Shown here: one piece after another, positions 20,801 through 34,400 of the stretch
Layout: every line of letters starts with the position of its first letter
Position numbering within the stretch: the stretch's first letter is position 1
DNA from: Bugula neritina
Taxonomy: Eukaryota; Animalia; Bryozoa
Length of the DNA: 64,000 nucleotides
Direction of reading: 5' to 3'
NCBI GenBank assembly: GCA_964035545.1
Contig: OZ037771.1
Location: 7,411,190-7,475,189 of the forward strand
Position numbers and translations under genes: made by a program
Notes under the pieces: model-generated
Database searches by the model: none
Seen by the model: only the letters and a program-made list of their open reading frames with translations
What the model was told of the DNA's origin: nothing

Positions 20801-23113
20801 CCTAAACTTATAAGTAAAATTGTCTCTATTGGCATTTGCTGTAAATTTTGGAAGTACAAAAACTAGTCAAGATTGGAATGTTAAATTTATCAGAAGTGAG
20901 TGTGGAGAGGTACGAATGGTGCCTGCAGTTGTCTTGCGCAAAAGTAGTTGGAAAGATTGAAACTATAAACAAAGTCTTTGATTTCGTCAGCAAGTGTAAT
21001 TTTTCAGAAGTCAATGTTTTGGCTGTCAGCTTATAAACGCAGCAATAATACTAATTTCTAATAAATAAATAATTTTTGTAGCAACTTTACCCGTAAGCTG
21101 GTCATGGAACAGTTTCCTTGTTATATTTTTTAAGTAATTTACTATATTTCATTGAGTTGCATATATGAATATAAATCACGAGAATTTTGTTAAAGTAAAG
21201 AAAAATTATGCAAAGTAAAACGTGATATATATGTAAGCTAAAAATACGATTTCAATGTGGATTTTCAATTTTACCAGAAAACAGTAAAAACATTTACATT
21301 ACCTTCCATTTCCTCCTTTAGATGGGAGGGTAGCATCTGTATTGGTAGCCGCATTAACAAGGGATATTTTTATACACTCTGTACTAGCATTCTAAAAGGA
21401 TATTGTTACCATTCAACAAATAGAATCTACACACTGTAAGCATTTGAGGATACATGCACAATAGAATAATTTAGTAACTTTTTCATGTTTATATGAATGT
21501 ATTTAGATACATCTAAAATTATATTTCAGCGCTGCACAAATTTAGAAATTTTGACACTAAATGTGTAAAATATAAATATAATTGCGTACCACTTTGCTCT
21601 TCTCTGATGCCCTCTCTGACCCCTCTTCTACAGCTTCATTTACTCTATTCCTCTCAGCCACCAGGTCAACACCCTGCAGCCATTTCATTGCCACCGGAGA
21701 GGAAGGGAGTCGTCCCTGGTAGCTCTGCAGTAGGTAATTGTTGCCTGTGACAACCCCATCAGAAAGACTTTCCGGTTGCAATGTCTTATTCAGAATTGTC
21801 CCCTCTTCATCAGAGAATTTGGTTAAACTTGCAAGGCTGTTTGTTTTTGTTGCCATAGAAACTGGAGACTTCAGCTTTTCATAACTCCCTTCAATGTTTT
21901 CTTTTCCACTGCAAAAGTGGGAGCCAATAGAAATATCTAAACATCAAGAGCTGATAACTTCCCAAAGAGTAAACTTTGAAAATAAGTAGTCAAATTGATA
22001 TAGAAATGTCTAATGGAGCAGATATTTAGATACAAGCCTGGATAAGTATTTTTAGGTTATTTTTATGCATGTACATATGAGATTTTGCACATAAAAGGCT
22101 TTGTTCACACTTGAAAAATAACTGTAATATAATATGTAGTATTACAGAGCTATAGTATATGCACACATTAATGTGTCATGTTTCATAACTAAGATTAAGG
22201 TGTTGTGGCTAACATAACGTACAGGCTGTTGCTGGATGCACTTTAACTATTGAAGCTAACAAACTGGTATAACACAACTCCACATGTACATATTATAGTG
22301 TACCAACTTTTTACATAATATTACATTCATGTAAGAATGTTATGCTTACTCTAACCTTTTATTCTGTTCAGATAGTCGAAGAAGCATTGTCTCTGTTTTT
22401 GCCATTTCCTCTGTGAACCTCGCCAGGCATTTTGCTGCAGCTTTCATCAATAAATGAAATCGTTTATTATCTCACAGATTATCAAAACTTGAACTTTAAC
22501 TTTTCAAGCTTTAAAACTTTTCTTTATTAATATAGATATTACCGCATCACTACTCAGCTTCAACTAATAATTCTATGAAAGTACACTGTGCTATAGCTGT
22601 ATTGCAATATATTGTATGATTATAATATATAAGATAATATATAATATATAATGTAATATATAGGTTCTATATTATATCACCTCATTATTCAGCTTTAACT
22701 AATAATTATACCGCATACTTAAATATGACAATATATATTATATATAGTAATCACAATTTTTATTTTATAATTATGATAATAATACAATAATAATAATATT
22801 TACTCAGCTTTATAAACTAATAATTCTATCACATATTATAATATATAGTTATACTGTAATATATTATACGAAGCTAAAGTCTATGCTATCATGTATGTTC
22901 CAAGTGTGCAGAGGTTAAACCAGTAAATCACTAAATGCACGACTTACAACTGTTGAGCATGAAATCACTTCCTGGAACTTCATCTGTAAGTTTAGAATCT
23001 GAAGCAGCCAGTATTGCCTTCAGTTTAGTTATTTCTACTGCTGCCTCGCTGCCAAGCAAATCATCATCCATGGAATGAGCAGCAAAGTTTGCTCCCCTAT
23101 CTGCTGCCATCAT
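17882..23113 (-). CDS. Uncharacterised coiled-coil protein, ~490 aa, 9 exons
   Basis: Exons 23113-22948, ~22434-22350, 21908-21590, 21336-21303, 20838-20621, 20183-20106, 19520-19401, 18882-18775, 18238-17882 are GT-AG and phase-consistent. Heptad-like stretch KINHLKHLLNQKNSQVERLEAVNSELKKDNKQK..LKQSVGELKREVQ; basic SRRRRRS near the C terminus. Confidence 0.7.
19842..20056 (-). mobile_element. tRNA-derived SINE, copy C
   Basis: Reverse complement reads GGGAATAGCCGTGGTCTAGGGGTTA..GGTTCGAAC..GGCCATTGGTGATGTCAGGAAGAGC..AGTCCTTAGCCC..GACTATAAA. Confidence 0.85.
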
Positions 23114-23958
23114 GATGTTTAGAAAAAGATGTCCAAAGTGATGTACGCATTTTTAATTGGTAGCATTATGTCGTTACTGAGCTATCTACGTTGTGTAAAC
23201 AATAGCAAATAGTGGTACATGTTATTGTTGACTGTAGCAATGATTGTGTGATTAGAGTTGTCTTTTGTTGTAAAACTGCACTCCTATCTTGTGTAAGTTT
23301 TCAATTGAGAAGCCGATTAAGCTGCGAACAAGTTAAGGGCTTTCTGTGTCAAGTGTAAAATGTGTAGCATATATTTATTTTTAATAAAACAAAGTCCACT
23401 ATATTGTTTTGATAACCCAACCTTTACAGCAAGGAGGCATGAAGCATTATAGTTACAACAATACTTGATAATATATAGAATTTTTCGTGCAATTTAAGCA
23501 ATTATTTTTTGTTGCTTTTTAATGGTAAAGAATTTAGCAGATGTTTGTAAAAGTAAAACTGAAAAAAATAAACTTTTTCTCATAATTCCAGTGACTCATC
23601 AATGTTGGAACTCAGCAATACCACTCAGTCAGCATCCTTTGCTGTCAAAATTATGAAGTCCATAAACTTTTATAACAAAACATAGACACACAAGCCGCTG
23701 GAATAAGCAAAAATATTATTTCCTTTTTTACTCCTACCAACTACCAAGTACAATGCTCTTCAACAGTGCCATTTTTCTTTAACATGACAAAGTGGTGCCA
23801 TTCAAGTATAATATGCACTCAGTAATTAAACTAAATAAACAATAAGACAATATTAATTATAATTTGGTTTTTATTAGCTTGCAGTGCAAGACTTGTTTTC
23901 AATTTAGTATTCAAAGAGTAATGACACTGGTTATTCTGTCATTTGCTGACTGCGTCAA

Positions 23959-26900
23959 TTACTTGCATGGATTGTCCACATCAATGGTGAGGAAGTACAT
24001 GTTTGGAGGTTTGGTGGAAGGTTTGCTAGCATAGAAGCCTACTCGGTTCTCTTTTGTGTTCTTGCATTTACCATTCTAAAAGAGTATAAGAAGAACATCC
24101 TTTAATAGCAACAGAGTATTATAATAATACACCATGCATATTATAACAAAGTTTTTAATTTAGTTATATATTATAAAACAATTATTTATGGGATGTAATA
24201 CATGCATAAGAATTACAACATAATATTTGTATTATTACACAATAAAACATGTGTTATTAATTATAATAGTATGCTGATAGTTTTTATATCATTATTCCTA
24301 TATATATATATATATTACTATATAATAATATTTATGCTGCTATATAATAATATTATATACTATTATATAGTAATTTATTTATAATAATATTAATATTAAT
24401 ATTACTGGCTGATCAAAAACACATTTAGAAGCAGTAGTAGAGAAACTGAAATGGCATAAGTTTTTCTACCTCCAAAAACACCACAAATTATTGTCAGTTT
24501 GATTCATGAAATCTAAACTGTTGCAAATTGTTTTCTGCACGCTTACAAAATTACTGAAAAGTATAGTTTTCACCATGATTTTGACATTTTATTTACAACA
24601 ACTGAGTAGGGATACTTAATTATAATGACTAGAGTGACAAGTATAAATCAAGTAAGTGAAAACTAAACTAACACTCCCATCACTACAACCTCCATAGCAG
24701 TGAATAGAGATTGGAACTTACGTAGAATGAAAGATGGGAGGAACATTGGTGAGACTTGAAAGCGCACTGTCCAGCTTTGATAGACTGGATAAAGTAGTCA
24801 ATAGCCAGGTTGTGAGCCTTCACTAGTTTCGTATCGATTAAGACCTGCAGTGGGTCTGAAATATAAAATATTGTTAGGCAATTTTCTTAGGAACTAAGTT
24901 TGGAGTTGTCTTATTTTAAATTTTAACAAAGTTATCTGTTGACTTAGCTCCATTTTTTATAAAAAAATGCTGGATATTCAAAGCATTAATTTTAAGGGAG
25001 GAGTCGTTGTCTAGGGCTAGAGCATTTTCTTAGTAAGTATGAAGTCATGGGTTCGAACCCCGACAAAAGCCATTGGTGGTCTAAGAAAGAGCATTCGGTC
25101 ATAATTTCCTCCATGCCCCAACTGAATAAGACCTTAGCCCGATTTGACAAAACCCCCTTCTTACAGGAATGGTGGCTATAAACCTGCGTGAATACACTTA
25201 ATTTAGTGCATAATAAGCAGTGAGAAAAGCTGCCTCACCTTTAGGCATGGGATAAAAGTCAGCGTGACCTTTGGGTAAGGCAGAAATCAGAGAATGGATC
25301 TCATCTACAAACTCAGCATCTGAAGGGTCAAGGCAGTTTTTGTTGCTGAACAAACATCCAAATCCAATGCCACTCGTGTCTAGTCCAGTGATACGTGCAA
25401 CCTTTGGGGACTGTAGCTTCTCTCCAGCAAATCCGGCTACCTGCAAGTTTATTCAGAGCTTTTATACAAAACATGCTTTTCAATGAAACTTAAACTTAAT
25501 CTGTGAGGAACGAAGTTGCCGCAGCTTTTAAAGTTGCATTTCAGCTTTAAACTCAATACCAATATAATAGAAATAAACTTATTTTTGTACTACATCTTGT
25601 ATATTATCTTATACCTTGATAATGTATCATGTTTATAGCTTCCATAATATTTTTTACTGAATATTTCGACTTTTTTAATGGGACTCCCCAATAGTTCTAA
25701 GACAACACAAAGTTTTTATTTGTGTATATTGTAACACACACCTGGTACTCAGGCTAGTTATGACAACCATGAGAAGTTGCCTTGTCATTTTGAATGACTT
25801 GAAAACTTTTATTTTTAATAATTTTATATCATCATGTATTATTGTTATTTTCTACTATTTTCTAATATTTAAGCTACTTATTGTTGCTACTACTGCCAAT
25901 ACTATCAATATGACTATTAAAGATACTCCTGCTGCCTCTGCTGCTGCTGCCATGCTCCTGCTACTATGCTACTACTACCCCTTCTCGCTTATAAAAAGTT
26001 TAAAAGCTGTTGTACACCTCAGCTCTAACAAATAATTACGTAATTTTGTCGCTTTGCTCAAAACTTTCAACTTAGTGATTATTTTGAGGAAGAATTTGCC
26101 TCTCTGCACATTTTGCAAGATAAACTGTCATGTCACCTGACCTGTCCACCAAGGCTGTGGCCAATCAAATGCATCCTTGTTCTGCTAGTGCCAGTTTTTC
26201 TCTCCAGTGATTTGATGAATGAACTCAGCCTGTCACCAGCGTCGTCTGCTTTCCTTTGAGCCTCCAGGTAGTTGGGTGTTTTCGCCCATGTCTCCCAGTT
26301 TACAGAAAATATATTCGCATCTTCCTGAAAGTCACAAATATTACCTGCATGGAGACGTAGTGTCTATCATGCAAGTTTATAGTTTATATCTCTGTGAGAA
26401 AGCCTCTGATAGAAAGAGGGTTAATGACTCAGATGGGGCACAGGAGCAATTATGACTGAATGCTCTTCCATACATCACCAATGGCCTTTACAAGGGTTTG
26501 AACCCATGGCTTTGTGTTTACTAAGCCAAACACTTTAACTCTTAGACCACCGCTGCTCCTTGATGACATGGCATTTATGCTCTGCATAGAAACCTTTCGT
26601 CAGTTTATAATCACTCTCCCTGTGAGAACCCTTGATGAAAAGGGTTTATATAGAAGCGGCTATATTCACTTGTTTTCTGCTGTAACTAAGAAGCAAATAT
26701 GACTAGATCTGTCTTTTTCTAACTTCACTAATGGCCTTTACCAGCATTCAAACCTTACGTTTACTAAGCCAGTAATCTAACTACTTTACATACAACTTGT
26801 TTAGTAAGAAAAAGTTTAGACCTTCTTCAACAAAGCATCTGTCATCTCCTTGATCCAACCTTCAACATTGCCACCATTCCATCCATGGATGATGAAGTAA

Positions 26901-28368
26901 GTTTTGGCTTTTGGGTTGAAGGATCTTGGCAAGCCTGAGAGTCTTGCAGAATTGGTCACTGCTCTGTTACTCACATCTCTACAATTGAGCAAACGGTATG
27001 GATAAATCTCTAACTGCAATGTTACCCATTTATATAGTTTTCAGCAACTTCAAGTTATAAAGACCAAACAGTTTAATCTGCATGTAAAGTATAATATAAA
27101 TTATAATATATGATATACTTGAATATAGAATAATATGATTTAAAATACAATATTATAATATAACATGATATAATGTAATAATTATAATATAATACATAAA
27201 TTTAATATAATATAATATAATGTAATACACTATAATATAGTATGATATAATGCAATATAATATAATATAATTTAATCTAATATAACAACATAAAATTGTT
27301 TGGTTTCATTTAATGGATTTTTGGGACCAGGGAAGAGCAATTCAGTAACATTACAATGTATCATTAAGTTCATGTTTTATTGTATGAGTTGTCTTCTCTA
27401 AATACTAGTAAAATATTATATTCAAGTTGACTCACCACAGTAACTAGAAGTACTTACTTTGTAAGTGTATAGGATATGGTTAGCTTATTAGAGCTCATAC
27501 TGTATTATTTATTTAGCCCTATAACATATCATAAGCACATTTGAAAGTTGTAAAAAAAGCAAGGTTTCGCAATTTCTAATTCTCAGTTATGATGCAATAT
27601 TATAAGTATAATGCTCTATTAAATTGCAATAATTATAGTCTATGTTAGTCTATACTTTATAGGTAGCAGGAAGCTAGTCAAAATCCAGTCTAAGTGTTTT
27701 AATCACACAGTAAACAGGTAATAGACTGGTGCTTAAATTGAACTCAGTGAAGGTTGTTGGGATGGAGGGGGAGTCTGGTTAAAGTACTTCTTCTGCATTA
27801 TAATAGTGTATTCCAAGCCATGCTGCTATACCATAATAAAACTAAATTCTGCTTTTAACTGAAAGCATGCGGTGATATAATAACAATTAAACTCATTGCT
27901 GTTTGAAAAGCATTTTATTGCCTGCAGGTTTATATTCTAAGGTTGGATTTCCTTAAGACGCCATAAAAATTTATTATATTTTCCAAAAATAAAAAAAAAT
28001 AAAAAATCTGCATCAATCTACTTCTGCTCTAGACAGCACTATGTTCCCATTATTCAATAGATCCTATGAGAGCCATGTACTGATGGATTTGTGGTTGCAG
28101 CTGGCATTAATCTTTGGTTGTGGTTTCATTCCATCAACATACAATATGGTTTTATTGCTTCGCGGAATGGCTGCTGTATGGATGAGAAGTTTGTGGTTGC
28201 ATGAACTCACGTTGGAAACAGTTGCATGGAATGAAAAATTCCCTTGTATAACATGGGAACCTTAGGTATGACTTACCTGCGGTAAAGAGAAAACGTTACG
28301 TCATCGCTGGCAGAGTTGGCGAAGGCTGCTAGTGTTGCCACCAGGAGGAGACTTGAGAAAAGCTGCAT
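23959..28368 (-). CDS. Secreted pancreatic-lipase-family lipase/phospholipase A1-like, 294 aa, no PLAT domain
   Basis: Exons 28368-28277, 26978-26822, 26324-26142, 25440-25239, 24855-24722, 24075-23959. Signal peptide MQLFSSLLLVATLAAFANS; FIIHGW, HLIGHSLGGQ (Ser), RITGLD (Asp), LDPSDAEFVD.IH, GHADFYP, AHNLAIDYF (His). Confidence 0.9.
24996..25192 (+). mobile_element. tRNA-derived SINE, copy D
   Basis: GGTTCGAACCC B-box, AAAAGCCATTGGTGG..AAGAAAGAGCATTCGGTCATA body, AGACCTTAGCCC..GGCTATAAACCTGCGTGA tail. Confidence 0.8.
26420..26785 (-). mobile_element. Two degenerate/partial copies of the same SINE (~26420-26552 and ~26600-26785)
   Basis: GAGCAATTATGACTGAATGCTCTTCC..CACCAATGGCCTTTAC..GAACCC..TTTACTAAGCC is the reverse complement of the SINE head and body. 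Confidence 0.65.
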
Positions 28369-30369
28369 GGTACCAGAAGAAAGTTCTGTATGATACTGGC
28401 AATGCATACTTTATATAATCAGAAATAATATCATGTAGCTGAGGTCACAAAAAGATGAGATGAAGGGGCGCTGAAGCAAACCCTCGGAATAATTACTTGC
28501 ATGGAACTCATCCTTTATTGGGAAGCAACACATGTGCAGGAAACTATGCAATGGCAATAGTAAATGGTAAATTTTTGGTTATATAATCTCAGAAACATTA
28601 CCTAACGGAGATGAGTTGACATGACATTATAGAAACCCTGAAGTGTATCCTATGCGTTGACAAAATAAGAGTTTGTAAATTAACACGTTGATTTTCCGGA
28701 AAAGGCAGTGTGGTCAAATTTTGAGGTACTCTGCACTCTACAATTTTTTTCTTGAGGTTCCCTTAAACTTAACAATATCCATACCCAACTGATTACAACT
28801 GATAATTTATATCTCAATGACGTCACTATATAATAATCAATTGCATTCAGCTTAATAACTCATGTGAAATTGGTGACTAAATGACTTGAATAGATTAGCC
28901 TGCGGCAAATTTGTCAAAAATGAGAACCCCAAGTCATATTTTCATTGTTTACCTAAACAGCTTAATCAGTGAGCAATTTTTCTGGCCTATTCATACATGT
29001 TTTATTTATAGGCCTGTAAAGCTAATGCAAATTCTTTTCATTAAATGTGTATCCACCTTTAAGTCTGAATTTTCTTTGTACAACAATGATCAGTACTCTG
29101 TTAGTACAGACACAACACGCACATGTGATTAGTTATGCAAGTTTATGTTGTAAGGAGTGAGGTTAATTCCATAGTTTTTAGGATCTGTTTTTCTAGTCTA
29201 TTTGCTCCTAAAAGATGATCGAAATTGCAGCTTATTATATGAGGGCAAGTTAAAAAAATGTTGATTGTTCTTCCCGGGCATCCACTTTCATTAGACTGAG
29301 AAGCACAGGCCAAGATTAGTACTAGTTTTTAGGGAACTTTGACTATTTGTTCTGCATAGACAACAGGCTAGGAAACTAAGCAAATCAACTCACAAAGTTA
29401 TATTATAAAATTAAAATATTGGCCTTTACTTGATTAAAATAAAATGCAAGAAATTATGTTTATGAATAAATTTATTTGGAATAAAATATCTCTATAAAAC
29501 ATAGCACACTAAAGTCAGTGTTGAAGTTCCATTAAGTATCAAGCATTGTATAGACTATAGAATAATATTATGGTAACTGATGATATATTTATCAGGATGC
29601 AGGTATTATATTATAAATTTAGAAAATAGCACATAGTATATTACTAACAACAAAACTCAAACATAAGTAGTCTATAGCTCAATGCAAACCTTTAGCAATA
29701 ATTTTGTATTTATAGAAGGACCAAAACATCACAAAATAAAGATAGAGTCATGTTAAATTTGAAAATAGCCAGTCAAAGCCTCCACTACTTCTGCTGGCTG
29801 GTGACTGGGTAGAAAAAATACACAGATCTTGGGATATATAAATAGAAGCCAATGCAAAAAAAGTTTACAAATGGAGGCAAATAACAAGTTCCCCAAAACA
29901 GCCAAATGAATAAACTTGACCAGTATCTTTAGAAACTATGTTTTCAATGTAAGAGTAGCGAGAATATTTCCTATTTGGTAATTTATTAAAAAATATTGTA
30001 TAAATAATACAATTTATGAAAAATACAAGTTTGAAATGAAGAACGTTATAATTATGTAGAGAAAAGCAGCATAACTATAATCCCACAAAATTCTACAAAA
30101 ACTGAGTATTCTCCATACTACTCTGTGTATATCACAATTATATATATATTTGTTCAAATGTGACACTGTCATGTGCATAGCCCTTCAACACCCATTCTAG
30201 TTTTTATTCTCTCAACTAAGATTTTGATGTCAGAATAGTTACTCTTCAGTCTTAGCCCGAAATGAATAACAACACAATGTTGTATTACGAATATATTATT
30301 GATTCAATCAGAGTGCAAAGTTTTACTCTCAGTTAGTCAGACAATAATCTGAGGTCAACAACTAAATAC

Positions 30370-30784
30370 TGTGACACCAGGTACTATGTGATACCAGGTA
30401 CTATGTGACACCAGGCACTATGTGACACTAGGTACTATGTGACACCAGGTACTATGTGACACGAGGCACTATGTGACACCAGGTACTATGTGACACCAGG
30501 TACTATGTGACACCAGGTACTATGTGACACTAGGTACTATGTGACACCAGGTACTATGTGACACGAGGCACTATGTGACACCAGGTACTATGTGACACCA
30601 GGTACTATGTGACACCAGGCACTATGTGACACCAGGTACTATGTGACACCAGGTACTATGTGACACTAGACACTATGTGACACGAGGCACTATGTGACAC
30701 CAGGTACTATGTGACACCAGGTACTATGTGACACCAGGCACTATGTGACACCAGGTACTATGTGACACTAGACACTATGTGACA
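30370..30784. repeat. 17-bp minisatellite (~24 copies) TATGTGACACCAGGTAC, downstream of the MARVEL stop
   Basis: Head-to-tail units with recurring variants (CCAGGCAC, CGAGGCAC, CTAGACAC); no spacers. Confidence 0.95.
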
Positions 30785-30989
30785 TAGCAGGCTCTGGGAG
30801 TGAGAGCTGGCAGGCTGACTTATTCTGATAAAATGATAAAATCTGGTGCCAATGAGCATTTACTAAACTCTAAAGCCATGTCATGTATTAAAGCAATATT
30901 GAGTAGAGTGAGAGAGCTGATAGCAGCAGCAGCTGTTATTGTGTCAGACAGAGCAGTTATATGTCAGTGTCAGGTATAAGAAGCACTTG

Positions 30990-32808
30990 TTACTCGGTGT
31001 CATTGAATAGAGGTTGAGAGTGCTTGTAGATGTCTCTACGCTTTGACTCTCTCCAGTATACGAACTGCATGTTACAGTCCACGCTGTACATCAGCTGGGC
31101 AAAGAAGCTGAACACCTGCAATACAGTAGAATGAGTTACAGTGTGTTTCATAGTAGAAGAAAATCAAACCTCGGCAACACTAAATAGAGAGAAAAATTTC
31201 AAATTTAGGGACAAGATTTGGCAGATCTTCACTCTGAGTTAGTCACTGTTCTAACTATTTGAAACCTCAACTATAAGTTACTGCAAACGGATCTACTCCA
31301 AGCAGTGAAAATACAGTGATTATGAATAATGAGAAGTTTCTAGCCTTTAAAAGTATTTGGTTTAGTAAAATCTTTTTTGCCAAGTCTTACAGTGCAGAGA
31401 TCTACAGATACTATAAGCAACTAAAGTGAAATCGAGCATACAAATGTTGTTACTTCTAGTTTAAACACCCTGGATATTGACCTGCCAGTGAACTTGTCAA
31501 CAGCGTGTGAACTTATTATTACTTGGCCAGTATAAATCCAGGGTAGTACATTTCCACCGTTTGTTTGACAGTAATGGATTCATTGTTGGATGACATTTTA
31601 TTAGTTTAATTTGAAAATAGAGTGGATCCATTAGTGATTAGACCAACAATGGAAACATGTCATAATAGCCAAATGAAATCTTTTGTAATGGAGGCAGGAA
31701 TCAGCAATTGTGGCAGCAAACACAGAATGTAAATACAAATTATAAATATGTTATAATTTCTGGCTGAGAAACCACCTTATTTACCCTGGCTGCTATAAAT
31801 TCAGATAAACACTAAGCATCCAAAACTCAAGCAATTTCTTCTTAAAATGAACTAAAAGCTATTTTCATTTTTAAACTGCCGGGCATAAACGTGCATCCAC
31901 TATGATTTAAGCTGCAATTACTTGATAATTTCTTAAACTCCCCAAAATTTACAACAGATATCAAGGTAAAGTAGAGTCTGGACTAAAACTGAACCAATAT
32001 TCGCAACTTTATGAGGCAACAGTTCAGATATTTATAGCTTGGAGAATTAAAAGGTTGATTGGAGTTGTCTTCATACAAATAGACCACAATTATTAACCAG
32101 TTATAAACCTAATCAACATCTATTCAAGAGGGCACTGACAGGACAGAATTGACAGGACAGAACTGACAGGACAGAATACTTACACAAGCGCAGATGACGT
32201 AGTATTCAGGGTACATCACGGCGTATATGATGGACACCATGGAGGCTACGAACCACAGGACTATCATGAATATGTGTAGAAAGAACTCCTACAACACAAC
32301 ACTACATACAGCATAGGGATAAGATGGCGTCTCGTGACAACTCAGCTGAAAGACCATTCTGTGTGAGCAGATGAGTGAGACCAGATTAGCTTGTCAGTCC
32401 GCAATGGTGGGACGAAACAGTCCCAACACGCTGGCCAGTATAAGTGCTATAAGTGCTAGTAGCAAAATGTGGCAGTGAATGGACAATTAGCTCTGCTTGT
32501 TCATACTAATTGAATATATACGTATACAGCATATAATATACAGATATATACGTATACAGCGTATAATATACAGATATATACATATACAGCGTATAATATA
32601 CAGATATACTGTTGAGCAGCACCTGGATGAGTCATCACAGTTTAGGTGTAGGTGGGATGATATAACAGCTCATTAGTAGCATTTCTGGTAGGAAAGAGTA
32701 ATAATTAGATGCCATTGTATTAGTAAGGATAGTAGTTAGAGTGACTGCAGCAGTATTGCTGGTAGTAATATAATAATAGTACTAGTAGTAGCACTAATAC
32801 TAATACTA

Positions 32809-32841
<33 letters not shown>

Positions 32842-34159
32842 CTATTAGTAGTAGTGGTAGTAGTAGAAACAGACTCACAAAACAGAACCATCCGGAAGCT
32901 TTCTTCACCAGCCATATAACACAGCAGAGCAAGCAGAGGAATAGAATACAGGTGATACAGAGAGAGATGAGGGCAGACAGGACCACCCATATAGAGGGGG
33001 CGTAGTTCCCATCCGGTCTCCGGTTCTGTACCCAGATGCTGGCAAAGGCAAATACAAGGCCAGAGAATATCTGCAGAAGAAAATATACGCATCAATATAT
33101 CAAATATAGGTCTAATATTCATACAATATTTGAATATCAAACCTATTTGATATGTTGTTTCTCACCTCTTTCCTAGGTGAGAAAAAAACATACTAAATAG
33201 GTTTACTATGCATACAATATTCCAATAGGTCCAATATTCATACAAACTGAAGGCTTGATGTAAGACAATACCCAACAAGTTCAATAAGGAACTGTTAGTG
33301 TAGCTCAATCAAACAGTAACAGCATAAGAATAAACTGTGTACATGAGTATAGAATCTGAGTGTAAAACTCACATAGTATCAGTTTACAATAACGGCATGC
33401 TGCAATGAATGGCCCAACAGCCAATGGGAAAGCAAAGTAAAACTGCTGCCAGAGTTATATTTAGAGCAGCAAATCTACATATCTAAGCGTTTCGTAATAA
33501 TGGCTGGCTTTACTTTTTTAAAATAACAGAAAACTTGTTAGCTTAATAGAATAACAACTAGCAGTACAACTAAGATAGGTCCAAATAGTTTAGGGTCTAT
33601 TGACCAATGTTAGCTTAATCAGAGTTGGCATAATTAGAGAGGTATCATTAGTAAAATGCTACGAGATAATTTATGTGACAAGATATTAATAAAAATAGAA
33701 TTTTATTATTAACTACTAAGTGCTTCCAGTTTGTACAGTTCAGGAAACTTTGTTTTCTCAATTGTACTAACTTGAAAGTAAAACTTGAATTACAGAGAAA
33801 GGTTGAAATGTTGGTTGTTGTGTACGAGTGGCATAAGGCTATACAGCATGTTTGTAAGAGATGCAATGTTGGTAACTTTTCTACCACCTACTATTATTTA
33901 CTAACAAATGTTGTAACATGATCAAAAATAGCTTTGATAAATGATTCTATACAGATAAGGGAATCTTTCTATCAATCTGGAAGACGTTGGAAAACTACAT
34001 GAGACTAAAAGACTAGCGAAACCAACTTACCAGCTCAAAGAGTTTAATAACTACAGACATACATCTGTAATACTGCCACGAAGGAGGTTTATTTGGACTG
34101 TACTGGACATTATCATACACACTCTTGGGTCGGGCTGTACGGGCTCCCTCTTTCACCAT
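30990..34159 (-). CDS. MARVEL-domain four-TM protein (CMTM/plasmolipin/MAL-like), 183 aa
   Basis: Exons 34159-34031, 33070-32879, 32288-32184, 31115-30990, all phase 0. IKLFELIFSGLVFAF, W.CFEFFLH..MIVLWFVAS, CVFSFFAQLMYSVD follow the MARVEL helix pattern. Confidence 0.8.
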
Positions 34160-34218
34160 TGTTCTGAAGTTATAGTTTTCTGCTAGTAAAAATACATCTC
34201 AGTGTAACAGAAACCTGG

Positions 34219-34400
34219 CAGAGTACAATTCAAGTACATAACATGAGTATAACAGAGTACAACTCAAGTACATAACATGACTCACATGAGTATAACAGAG
34301 TACAACTCAAGTACATAACATGAGTATAACAGAGTACAACTCAAGTACATAACATGAGTATAACAGAGTACAACTCAAGTAGATAACATCAGTACAACCG
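34219..34400. repeat. ~34-bp tandem repeat (CAGAGTACAACTCAAGTACATAACATGAGTATAA), ~5 copies
   Basis: Direct reading. Confidence 0.9.

Noticed and set aside
30370-30784. Possible CRISPR-like array; unit also contains TGTGACAC like the LTR end
   Set aside because: Units abut with no unique spacers, there are no cas genes and the context is eukaryotic. The 8-bp match to the LTR end is too short to be meaningful.
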